The translations under genes were made by a program, and so were the position numbers. A stretch of 63,008 nt of DNA, counting the filler, from Phoronis australis (lineage: Eukaryota; Animalia; Phoronida): the NCBI GenBank assembly GCA_002633005.1. It is 6 parts of 6 records of this genome, joined end to end, with 100 filler letters (N's around TTAATTAATTAA, not from the genome) between each part and the next. Parts side by side here need not be neighbours in the genome. Positions count along the whole stretch, not along the records: positions 49,655 to 52,589 come from NMRA01003315.1; positions 52,690 to 63,008 come from NMRA01000803.1; 4 more parts are not named here. One strand, 5' to 3'. This document shows, piece after piece, positions 50,334-62,279 of this stretch (position 1 is its first letter; each line of letters begins with the position of its first letter). The notes below the pieces were generated by a model. The model worked only from the letters and a program-made list of their open reading frames with translations. It did no database searches and was not told where the DNA came from.

Positions 50334-52589
50334 CTGGGTGAGGTCCTGAAGCGCGGTGAGCCCCTGGGTGGGCTGGTGATGTTGCGCGGTGACAGTACGT
50401 CGCCGGTGTCTGAGGCGGTGCGCAGGTGGTGGTGCAGGATCTTGTACGCACCGTCCTGGTACATCTTGGGCAGGCCGGACAGCATGAGTGAGAACTCTGG
50501 TGTGTTCAAGTTAAACAGCGCCACCAAAAGGGACTGGGCCGACTGGAACAACAGATGCAGGGAAGAGGGTTAGTCCAAGTGACACAACATCAGGAGGGAA
50601 GTGTGGGTTAGTCCAAGTGACACAACATCAGGAGGGAAGTGTAGGTTACTCCAAGTCACACTTCTTGACAAAGTCCGTCAAAACATCTCCAATAATGAAA
50701 AGCTTGCATTTACATTTCACAGGGAACATGGCCAACAAAACACATGGAATGGAAGAAAACATGGAGGGAAGACAACTTACTGGCCAGAATTTTAATCAAA
50801 TGGAAAAGAGACACATACCTTTCTCACATCAACACTCTTGGGCTCTGACATCCATGTGATGATTCGCGACACAGCCAGGCGTGTGTCGCCAGAGTTGACA
50901 AAGTCCGACGGATCCATTATCAACACAAGCTCGTACAGATAGTTGAGTAGCGCCACCTTCACCTGTGTACACAAACTATCACAATCAAGCACAGCACTGT
51001 AATATCACAGAGCTGTGCCATATTACAGAGAAACAATTGATGAAGACCACAAAATGAGAAGCTAAAACTACCACTACCAGGATGGCGACACCAAGCTGCT
51101 ATAGTGTAAAGAAACTGACTTATGACTTGGGCTACTTACTGTTACAAAAGTGGTCTGAACTCGAGCCTTACTCAGACAAGAAGTGAGATCAAGAAATGCA
51201 AAGCTTGGTATTGTTTGAAACCATGCTGAATGCATGACAAACTGGGCCAAGACAACTTGTTGAACATGAATTCAAGCAAGAATCAATTGTCCGTGGTTAG
51301 CAAAACAGATCACTTGTTATCTGAGTAAGGAGCAATTTGAGAACAGTTATATAACGTTAAGTGGCCTGCATTAGAAGTTTAGTGTATTAGATAGAAGGCA
51401 AGTTTACAGCAATTTTACTTAATTTGTGTCTTTATGTAAACGAGAATTACGTGTAAGGCAGAGAGTAATGAGAGCGTGTTACTAACTGGAGTTTGAGGCA
51501 GTGAGTAATGAGAAGGTGTTTATCAACAAGAATCTGAGTGAGTGAGGCAGTGAGTTATGAGAAAGTGTTTATTAACAAGAGTATGAGTGTGTGATGCAGT
51601 GTGTAATGAGAAAGCATTTATTAACAATAATCTGAGTGAGTGAGGCAGTGAGTAATGAGAAAGTGTTTCTCAAAAAGAATCTAAGTGTGTGAGGCAGTGA
51701 GTAATGAGAAAGTGTTTTTCAACAAGAATCTGAGTGTGTGAGGCAGTGAGTGACGAGAAAATGTTTCTCAACAAGNGTTTTTCAATAAAAATCTGAGGGT
51801 GTGAGGCAGTGAGGAACGAGAAAATGTTTCTCAACAAGAATCTGAGTGTGTGAGGCAGTGAGTGACGAGAAAATGTTTCTCAACAAGAATCTATGTGTGT
51901 GAGGCAGTGAGTAACGAGAAAGTGTTTCTCATCAAGAATCTGAGCGTGTGAGGCAGTGAGTAATGAAAAAGTGTTTCTAAAGAATCTGAGTGTGACTACT
52001 ACTACTACTACTACCACTACTACTACTATCAGGCCTGAAGTAACAATCAAAAATGTAACGCACACACACACTTCTAATGGAAAACCACACAATAAAACTG
52101 TGTCTATTTAAAGAACACCTTGATGTGACACAATTGACCAAATGTAAACAAATGACTGAGTTTGTGTAATTGGGATTAACCCTTTCTCTCAGATCTCATT
52201 AACACACAGGGTGATCAAGACTCATCATTTTGGCTCCAGATCTTTCAGCCCTCCACAATAACGTTATTCTGAAGGTATAGCACCAAAAAAGTGAATCTTA
52301 ATCACCACCGTGTAACTCATGACTGAGAGGCGTTATTGACATACCCTTGAAGAGCAACAGTCCAACTTGAAGAATTAAGTGTTTGACCAAAGTTAGAAAC
52401 GGAAGGTGACACTGTTAACCAACTAACTACACACAGTCAGTCTAATTAAATTAGTATGCAGTCAAATGGCAGGTGAGTCTACGAAGCGTAGAGGAATGAG
52501 GGCCACACAGCACATAAAGCGAGTACGAGGGTCACATGCGCGTACATGACTCTCCTGTGCCAGCTGATACCTTAATGTTGATGGTGTCA
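50334..52589 (-). CDS. CLASP: CLIP-associating protein (CLASP), internal exons 52589-52571 (partial), 50962-50819, 50542-50334
   Basis: Spliced product: DTINIK-VKVALLNYLYELVLIMDPSDFVNSGDTRLAVSRIITWMSEPKSVDVRK-SAQSLLVALFNLNTPEFSLMLSGLPKMYQDGAYKILHHHLR. This matches the CLASP1/2 TOG3-region signature (TRLAVSRIITW..EPKS.DVRK, LF.LNTPEF). GT..AG boundaries. Confidence 0.93.
51456..51995 (+). repeat. Intronic minisatellite, unit about 49 bp, about 10 copies, followed by (TAC)n
   Basis: GAGGCAGTGAGTAATGAGAAAGTGTTTTTCAACAAGAATCTGAGTGTGT repeated. Confidence 0.92.
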
Positions 52590-52689
52590 NNNNNNNNNNN
52601 NNNNNNNNNNNNNNNNNNNNNNNNNNNNNNNNNTTAATTAATTAANNNNNNNNNNNNNNNNNNNNNNNNNNNNNNNNNNNNNNNNNNNN
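52590..52689. other. Artificial contig spacer
   Basis: N44-TTAATTAATTAA-N44. Confidence 0.97.
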
Positions 52690-55601
52690 TGTTTTTGTTG
52701 CACAAAATATGATGCACATTCCTGCCACTTGGTGGCGCTTTTCTATTGAACTGACCAATCAGAGAGCCAGATTGTATTGTTGTGCTTAGTTACTTCAATA
52801 TGGCTGCTCCCATGGAGTGTGATGCCTGTACAATTCAAGGTTTAACAAACAGCACAAAATTGTGATGTCAGAGCCTAAAGAAGCTTAGGAAAGCTTCCTG
52901 ACGAAAGCTGATGGACTGTGGAACTCTTTAGATCAGTAGATCAAAAAGAAGAAGAGGTGTCACAAACGTTTGTGCAGAAAACAGCTGGATGTCCTGGTAT
53001 AGCCCACACAGTATACTCCTGAGTGCTGTAGACTAGAAGACCAAGTGTCAGACCAAAAAATTGAAAGGACATAGAACGGCATAGCAACGTTTCAAGGCAC
53101 CAGCAGAAGTGCTAAAGCTGAAGTTGCTGAAAGTGATACAGATGTTATCCAAGATTTCCCAAGAAAATCAATAGTACTTCCAAAATCTGAAACACCCAAT
53201 TGACCTGAACAAGATAGGAACATTGTGAAACATGAGTGCATCATTTGTTAGCAGGAAAAGTATATTGTGGACCATATTTCAAGAAAGAGAAAGAAGTATA
53301 GCTTTCAAAAACAGATATGTGTTTTTGAAAGGTACATCTTGGTATTTTCCATGTGTGTTTCAGTATTATTACCAGTTGTTTTTTAACTTGTTCAGCCCAT
53401 TGGCTGCCTAGGCCTTAGACAATACCGCTGACCCAGTAGAGACGGTGGTCATACCATAGGTACTCCATATGCCGGATACTTTTTGGCAAATTATGTTCCT
53501 ATAAGTTTAGAAGTACCGCGTAGAGAGATGCCTCTGAGGAAGTCGTTAATCTTTTCATTTGTTCCCAGTTTAAACAAATACTCCTGCAATCCTGTTTTTC
53601 GAACACTCCATTGTTCAGTTGCGGCATCGACACTGCTTGCGCTAAGGGATAATCCTATGGCGTTATACTGCGGGTGTGATTTTAAAGCACTTTAAGTCAA
53701 AAATTTTTGAGAAGGTTAAATAGAGTAGATGGTTGCAAACCACATGCCCAAGTGGCCGTCATCCCCTTCCGTAGTCCTGGGATAAGGGGAACCTCTTTTC
53801 AATTTCTTGTAAACATTAATTACTTAGGTAGCTGCAATGGTAATTAAATTAAAGTGCCTAAGTGGCCATCGTCGCCGTCGTAATTTGAGGACGATGGAAG
53901 CCACTGTCCATTTCGTCAAAGGTCGATTACCTTAAATGTAAATCGATTGACTATGGTTTGAGCATCTGATTTAAAAATTTTAAATTTCAATCACTGCACT
54001 GGTATATCAGCTGATTTATTTCCAGTTGCATCAACTAGTCTAATTTTTAGAGGATCAACATTTTTAGGCGCAGATCAGACGGCATGTAAATTTGTGAGGC
54101 TGGTGGTGGATCAGTTCCTGATAAGTCCATTTGAAAAAGTTGCATGCCAACTCACTCATAGTTGAATGTTAAATTAGTGTTAATTTAGTGTTCGGGTTTT
54201 TTTCAGTTGGACTTGTGTTGCAAGCAACAGCTCAGTCCAGAGCCCTGAATACGCAAATGAAATTCAAAGATAAAGACCTTGTGTCTTAGAAGCCAAGTAC
54301 CACAGATCATCATGCTATAAAAAATAGAAAGACAACGACTGTGAAGAGTGACGAATTCGTAGTTTTCATAGATGTTTTTCTACAGTTTTGTTTAGAGTTC
54401 ATTGAATCAAAGCTTCTTACACATGAAGATGTCATTTGCCTTTCCAAACTAAAGCAAGACTTTGAAGCTGTTCTTCAGAAAGCTGGTGTGCATGAAGTTA
54501 TTTGGACAGGCAATCTTAAGAAATATTGTTGAAGCTACTCACTATTGTAGTTTGTGCCCGACTAAGAGATACGAACGTGAATTGAGGCTAGTGTTCAATA
54601 ATTCACTTGCTGACTCTAATTAACACAGCCCATCATAACATATTTTGAATCAAACGTTTGCCCAAATCCTCCCCGCCTCCAAACGAGGACTGAGTGTTTG
54701 ACCATTCATTGCCTGCAGGCCAATCACCAATGTGCAGTNTGCAAGTGCAAAAAAACGTGTGCTGGGAAACTGAGTTTGTGCTGCAATGCTGGGTCAAACT
54801 GTACAAAAATGTACAGCTGTGACAACTGTAGTAACATCAGCAACACTGACTGCATAACATTGGATAGTTCTTTGACAAGTCAAGCCTAAATGGACCTTCA
54901 ACTCCGTTATTTCCTTTTTTTGTATTAAAAAGTTAATTTTATTTGTTGATTAAGTCATAGAAAGTACATACGTTGGTCATTGTTATGTATTTGTCTTATA
55001 CTGCTTGATAAATGCTGTCAGAATAATCTATTATTTTCATACAGTCTGTGTGCACATTCACAGAGATCATTCAACTATATTGTTTTTGTACTATAACGTA
55101 TTTCTGGTGTATTATGCAAACAGGCTGTATTTTACACCATTAGTCAATGTTTTAGTCATTGAGGCACAAGTGTTTTGTGTTATTTTTGTTGCCCGAGAGA
55201 ATAACTTCCTAGTACACATTCAGACTTAGTTTGCATTTTTGCCACTAGGTGTCTCTTTACATTTTGTAAATTTCACTGTTTACAATTAATCTACAATAGT
55301 AAAACATGTAATGTGAGTGTAATATTGTTCAATACAATGGCACTGATGGGACCATATTACTTGTTTTACAAAAAGTCACCAAAACTGTTGTTTTTGCAAA
55401 TATAAGTTTACTAAGCTCTTTGGTGATGATTAGGTAACTTCAAACTCAAATTTCTCAAAAATGTGCAACTTTATATGTGGGAACTTTTAGATTTTGAAAA
55501 CACTCTAATAAATGAATTAAAAAACACCAAAATAAAATTGCCCCCTAAAGTACTCACAAAAACCATTTTTAGAGGCCCTACAAATTCTGGCCCACCGACT
55601 A
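52690..55601 (+). mobile_element. Decayed, internally deleted Academ(X)-like DNA transposon
   Basis: Broken peptides: ECIIC (about 53234), KDLVS*EAKYH..CY (about 54272), PPP....LTIHCLQANHQ and a C-terminal Cys cluster CKCKKTC....CCNAGSNCTKMYSCDNCSN (54698-54889). Candidate right terminus ...CCCACCGACTA (reverse complement TAGTCGG). Family assignment is by recall of motifs. Confidence 0.55.
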
Positions 55602-56806
55602 TATCGGCAGTTAAGACGTTTGATTTGCGTAGCAAATTCTGGGGTTGACTTGCAGTGAAATCTCACGTATTTGAGACACACTATATGGTAGACAATGAAG
55701 TTTCCTTTTTTTCGTAAAGGATAAAGTAGCAATCAATAATTGCTATCACAATTAAGATTCACATCTTATCTACAGTCTGGAGATGTTTTGAGAAATTGTG
55801 GACCATCACAACAGTGTTAGACGCTTTGAGAAGATGAAAAAGTCATTCTTAGGAATTAAACAGAAAGGTTTCGCAAAGCGACATGAACGTGAATTATCGC
55901 GCATTTATAATACCACGTCATACATGCCATTGTTGGCTGTGACGTAATCCCGATAGTGTTCGTCATGAGTATTTACACGAATACAGACAGATTCGGGTCG
56001 CTTTAAACGCGAAACCTGCTGCCCCTTTAAATTCTTATTTGCTAAGACAAAGAAAAGATTTTTATTTTGATAGGGTTCTCAATCTTTCCTTCTTGCTTCA
56101 GTATAAAATGAACACTATTTTTTGTCTATGGATAATTTTAAAATTTAGTTGCAAGAAAGGCAACACTTTCTCAATTCTGCAGGAGTTTGCTGGATATCAT
56201 CGAACTAGAATGGGTTTTTAACAGATATGGTTTTGTGTAGTTAACTTTTTTCATTCTTAATTTACATGCATCTATTTAATATTTGAAACTCCAAATAAAT
56301 GTCGCATTCTAAGAGTTGACCATTTTTCGTAGGAGTTCGTAGAAACGACATTTTCACATTCAACGCATATTTCTATCTTAGCGGATATGTACTACGATAA
56401 CTGGACACACTGAGCTCAGTTATTCCGTTCACGTTTAATTTCACGTTCGCGTAAAAATTTAGCTGTTACGAAACCCATTTTTGTTACTGCAACGTGAATC
56501 AGCACCCGCAATTACGTAAGCGTCATAATTCCCGCCCACGTTGCTTTGCGAAACCTCTCTATCACCATAATCCTTACTATGGGAATGAAATAAGCTACTT
56601 GTCCTATATTTGCATACACGTACACAAACATTATTTTTCACTTTTAGTTAAATCGATTTGGACCTATGAAGAAATTTTGTTAAGGATGCATGAAACTACT
56701 CAGAACAGCAAGGAGAGATGCGTTACCAATTTCCGAATTAAGTTTCCTCTTCAGTTTTACCTGCCTGATATTAATATGGAACACAAATGGCTCCACAAAT
56801 GCTGGC

Positions 56807-57285
56807 CATCATGACCCTCATAATCATCATCACCGTCACCATATTCATCACCGTCATCATCATCACCGTAACCTTCACCATCACCATCTTCATCACCGTC
56901 CATATCATAACCCATCATCATCACCATCACCATCATCATCATTACGGTCATCACGATTATCATTACTATTATCACCACTATCATCATCATTATCATTATA
57001 AACACCATCACCATTACTGTCATCTTCACCATCATCAACACCATGATCATCACCATCATCACCATTACCAGTTGCGGATGAAGGATTTTGAGTGAAGGGG
57101 CCAGGGCAGACTATTAGCCAGGATTTTGCCCGTCAGACTTTCGCACCCCCGAACTGCCAAATGGTTACGACCATCACAATCACAATGACTATTATCATCA
57201 CCATGACCGCCGTCATTATCACCATCATCATCACCACCATCATCATTATCATTATAATCACCATCACCATCACTATCATCTTCAT
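56807..57285. repeat. Degenerate (CAT/CAC)n trinucleotide low-complexity tracts
   Basis: Long runs of CATCATCAC/TATCAT, interrupted by a MITE fragment at about 57068-57165. Confidence 0.92.
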
Positions 57286-57453
57286 TTGCACAAAGCTCCC
57301 ATGGGCCTAATGGCGAGCCAATACGTTAGTATTATCGTTATCATTCAGATAATTAATATGATTATCGCAGCCACCGTCACTGATAACGTCATCGTTATTG
57401 TTCATATAGTTATAACTATTCACGCTGTTTCCTTTGTAAACTGTCTTTTGCAG

Positions 57454-57725
57454 AGGAGATACCGAATAACGGGACGTACGAAGTTCACACGGATCGCCGT
57501 TGTAAGTGGTCCAGAACTGAAGAACGAAATTGGATACGCACTTGTCACTGTGGAAAACAAATCCATGGGATGGTCGACGAGCACAGGTCCAAGACCTGTG
57601 AGTGGATTAGAGGTGTTCAGTACACCCGCGTGAACCCGACCGAGTACTACTACTTCTGCCGCTGTGTTTGCGGCCACTATACGACCACCACCACTGACGG
57701 CAGCAGTTCATGTAATATCTGCTAA
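57454..57725 (+). CDS. Candidate terminal exon of an unknown cysteine-rich protein (possible upstream exon 56463-56515)
   Basis: Acceptor TGTCTTTTGCAG. Open frame EIPNNGTYEVHTDRRCKWSRTEERNWIRTCHCGKQIHGMVDEHRSKTCEWIRGVQYTRVNPTEYYYFCRCVCGHYTTTTTDGSSSCNIC*. GC/CpG-richer than its flanks. The phase-compatible upstream exon reads CYETHFCYCNVNQHPQL. Confidence 0.5.
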
Positions 57726-59190
57726 TATACCCTAATCCTAACAGTAATAGCACATTAATTCAAATATTAGGTATATCAAGCCTAATATCATGTGCGATTT
57801 TGCCTCGAGTTTGCTGTAAACCTATATATACATGTAAAAATGTACTACTAATGATTTGGTGATTTGGCGTCATTCTGTTAATAAAGTGACGTCAATTAAG
57901 TATGTTCTTTCTCTTCATCTTCTTCATGTTATAAAACTTAAAGATAAAGCGCACAGCATCGTAGTTACGTCGAGAATGTTTTATTGTGCATAACAATCTC
58001 ATGTACCTGGAGATTTGCTCAGTTGTTGAAAGCCATCAATGACTCCGTTCTACTTATTTTCTGTCTATTGTATATTTTCTACCTCATTTTACTCGTCACG
58101 GAACTGAACGTGCGAGCAAACATCCAATGCTGAAAATTTTGAGATATTGGTTAAATTGGAAAACATAAACAATCATTGTTGTGTTTCTGTGTTTACGAAA
58201 ACACCTATACAGAACACTGCTGACTTTGTGCACGCGCAGAGTCAAGTTTCTACTATGTTTAAAAACAACCACATCAAAATTTCAACCGATGTTCGTGCAA
58301 CATTTTGTGACGGATTTGTTGAGCTTGTTCAAGAATGTTAAAATAGAGAATTAGCGAATAGCTAGCTCTTTGTCTGTGTAGCGCCGATGATCTGACCTTT
58401 AACAGGTGTTTTGCACTGTTTAGCTTTGTCTTCTAGTTAATAAGAGGCCTAACTGAGACCTTCCTACCAGTCGCCACTTGCTTCGTGGATTCAGTCTTCC
58501 AACTGGTCCATCGGCCTCTGCCCCATAATTCACTCATGAACACTCGCTGGTACCTCAAGTAGAATCTACCTTGGTGTCGTCAACTTTTTTGTGTCGACAC
58601 CTATCGGATGCATTACAAACAAACACTGTCGTACTACGAAGTTTAAACACAAGTCATGCTTGACAACAAACATCAACATAATTACCCGTACCTGATTAAA
58701 TAATTAATGAAATATGCTAAAATAAATATAATTCTCCACAACAAAGGGTTTGGGAAACAAAGGCTCCGCGTGCCACGTGCCCCCCAGTAATTTACAGGCG
58801 TCCTGGAGAAATCCCTGGCGTGTGGCCGGTATTAGTCGAGAAAGGAAGACACAACCAAATTTGAATAGAACATTTGTTATACGGGCCAGGACATTTTTGT
58901 TTGAGGGTCCCCCGTTTTTTTGTGTCGCCGTGTGACAGCCCAATATGTCAAGGTTATTTTCTGCCATGTATCTTGTAAGGGTTTATTGATTTCTGATTCA
59001 CGTATTTATGTATCCACGAAAATCGACTGACCATTTTGACAATTAAAAGCTAGTTTTGTAAAAACTTGATGATGCATAAGTGAACTTGGATGCAGGCTGA
59101 CAGTCCTGAAAATTCCTGTCATCACAATTGCCGTGTTCCGGGTAGTGCGCGTGCAAGCGTGCAAGCTCACACTAGTAGGGCTGCGGGTAG

Positions 59191-59259
59191 CACGGGCGGA
59201 TCCAGGATTTAGAGTTAGGGGGTTGGGCCATGGCCCTCTTGCCCCCCAAATCCGTTACT
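59191..59259. mobile_element. Very short MITE
   Basis: CACGGGCGGATCCAGGA...CCAAATCCGTTACTG, flanked by GGTAG on both sides. Confidence 0.5.
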
Positions 59260-60761
59260 GGGTAGTGCGTACACAATCTCGTATTTGTTGTGTTCCAGGT
59301 AGTGCACACGCAATCTAACATTACCTATACGTATTTTTCAACATTGAGTTACTGGATGAAACATGGGCACACAGATATAGTCAAATATGTATTGTAGATG
59401 TTTCGATCACTAGAGCTCTAGGTTTTATCTGTTTACTTGGCATCAAATTTGAAATTATTGTTGGCAGTTTTTATAATACTACATTGATCGAACTCAAGAC
59501 AAGGGTTTGCTATTCTATACTCCAGTACATAATGCTTTGCATTCTTGATGATACCGACATCATGGCAAAAAATTCGGGTCTAAATTCGTAATCTCGAGTT
59601 TTTACTCGAAATCTCGAGTGTTTTCTTGAGTTTGTATCAAGAATATAGAAGGTCATCAATTAATGCAAACTCATATCTATAAACCGTAATGTTCTCGACC
59701 AAAGATTAGTAGTCACTTATCCTGAGTTCGCACAAAAGTATAAGAAAAAATTGCTAAAATGATGCCAATTTCGAATTCGAATGCAAATATTAGACCCAGG
59801 CCCTAGATATTTTAAAGTTAGTTAATTAAGAAAATGGGGTATATTAATTGCAACACAATAAGCTAAATATGACGTTTCCGATCTCATCAAGTTGACCAAT
59901 GCATTTTGCTCACTAAAGAGAGTACATTGTCTCACGGATCAGTTGACAGGAGCATCAGGAAATTAAGGTTGCAGTGAGCAAATTCTTCACGGTAAAGTCA
60001 ACCGACATGTCATCTGCACGATGAATTAGGAAAGAGCTTGCGCGGTAAAACGAATTTAACTCTGTGAAAGTATAGCCTACATTTCAGAAACCTCGCAGAC
60101 TTTGATTTTTAACTTTATACCAATTTGTCATGATTGCGTCACGGGACCAAGTCTTTGCATTCAGCAAAAGGTACATTCACAACAGATCCACGGTACCAAT
60201 AATTTCAAATAATAATCAAGTTGAAATCTCAAAAACGCTGTTAAAACGACATTTCACTTTCACTTTTTGCAAATTTTGACTTTTTTGTTAAAATCTTAAC
60301 AAATATCCTATTTGTGGTAAGCCCTCATGAAAATTGGAGCGTTTTTTAAAAGTAGAATTATCGGCAATAGTCGGATGTAACGAGTCCGTATTTTGAGAAC
60401 CAGTTTGCTGCCCGTTATTCAGTGGAGAAAACTGGTTATCAAAATTCGGGCACGTTATATCCGACCATTACCGAATTATCATATAACACAGTATGTGAAA
60501 GTTTCACAACCCGATCAGCCACTTCTGAGATATGGCGTGACGAAGTTAGCCAAAATTTGGATATTTGTCCAAGATCCTATACAACCTTAGGTTGAGAGTA
60601 TGAAAAAATATCCGTTTAAAGAAATAGCATGAACAAAACAAAATAACGAAAGCATTACGGTAACTACAGGTGTTTAAACGTTGTGCACAGCAGACTACAT
60701 GTGTCAGAGGTTTATAACAATGCACCCAAGAAAATAACTTCAAAATACACCATTACAAAGT

Positions 60762-61545
60762 CTAAAAGTTTCTGAGGACCTGATACGTTATTTGGTTGTA
60801 ATACGTCCACGCGTACAACTTTCTGTCTTTCGGATTGTAATCCAACATGAAAGTGGACGTTCGACCATATCCGTAGTCATTTACGCGTAATTTCATAGCG
60901 TTTTCGTTAAGGAATTTTTCACCACCGTCATTTGTATCATACATGTATACAATATACGTGGGCGAATCTATATACGAACTGGTAGCTTACAACACACCAC
61001 AGGCCATGAAAGCATTTCCTACTCGATTTTTCTTGAAGTTTGTCTCAAAGGTACTAAGCACCGTCAAATTATTGAAATCAAGGCGACTGACTACCATATT
61101 GCCGTTGTTTTGTGGTGTGCTGTATATTACGCACAATCCTTGCTCGTCAATTGCGAAGTCAATGTCGCTGTAAGCATAAAACTGATACGGATATTTGTTA
61201 CGATAACCTGCATTGGGAATACTACGTTCGACCGTATCATTGTGATATCTAAGATCAAATTTCAACAACGTGTTCGATTGTTTCTTATTACAGTACAACT
61301 TAGCGTCGTAGATCACGTGACCTGTTCCGTCACAGGGTGTGTCTAGCTGGTGTGTGCGGAATACTCTATTATTTTGGAAATCTGACGAAGTTTTAAATTC
61401 AAATAATTGTGTCATCTCACAACACCCATCACTGGCCCAAATTTCATTCTGACCAGGAGCGAGATCATTCATGTGCCCATCAGATAGCTGCGTCCGGAAA
61501 CACGGACTGGGTCTCCAAAACCCGCAATGTATTCTCGGCAAGTGT
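60762..61545 (-). pseudogene. Olfactomedin-domain terminal exon with inactivating lesions
   Basis: OLF motifs GTGHVIY, SDIDFAIDEQGL.VIY, GNMVVSRLD, GNAFMACGVL*A and MLDYNPKDRKLYAW. Lesions: TAA at 60987-60989 replacing the conserved Tyr; TGA at 61469-61471 replacing the Trp of GxWM; and an adjacent frameshift. Acceptor TTTCTTTGTTCCAG. Confidence 0.85.
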
Positions 61546-62279
61546 CTGGAACAAAGAAATGCAACGAGACAATTCAGACATATATCGTAAGCAGTTGTGT
61601 ACTATTTGGCTGTTTATTGAATGTTTGAATGTGCTTCTGCTGAACAAGTCCTTTAGAAATAATGGGACGACATATTACTTACGCCTAGTTTCTACAGTCC
61701 AATTGCAACAGACACTGTGCTTTAATTTCGCTGCTCTGGTCATAATCAGCAGGTCTACCAGCCTGATTGAGGAATTTTGCAAATGAATGTTGTTTTTAGC
61801 TATGGCAGTCTTCACTGAAACTGCTTTACTTCCAAATTGGTGGTCCCGGTAAGTCAATGGACTGCATCGTTATCCGAAAGTTCTGGATTTGAGCCCCGGT
61901 CGGGGCAAAGATCTTTTCAGACTTACTATAGGTCACTTGGATACTAATAATACTTTAACATAATAAGCAAAGTTTCTTTGATGGTGTGTTTTTAAAAATG
62001 ACCTCACAAATACCTAATGGTCAATTGTTGTGTTACCACAATTCCACGGTCAGGAAGTTTTATGCACAGGCAGTGTACTTGGCGGGCGCCCCATTGGCCA
62101 GAGCGTAACACGCGGCACACGAGCTTATATTTATCAATACTTACAGAAATGTTTCGTCGTATTGCTTGTCAGAATCTGCCAGTGTGGTTGCTAAACTTTC
62201 CAAATATCAACAAATCTCAACTTTGATAATATTTGCAAACAAACCATTGTGTCAGATGTTTGACTGTGGGTTTGTTTAA

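Noticed and set aside
56690-57310. Poly-His / poly-Ile / poly-Met ORFs
   Set aside because: These are translations of a (CAT)n microsatellite, open in several frames on both strands, with no splice or domain support.
60987-61471. Selenocysteine, stop readthrough or alternative genetic code in the olfactomedin exon
   Set aside because: The stops are of two types (TGA, TAA), replace Trp and Tyr, and come with a frameshift. Other genes here use the standard code.
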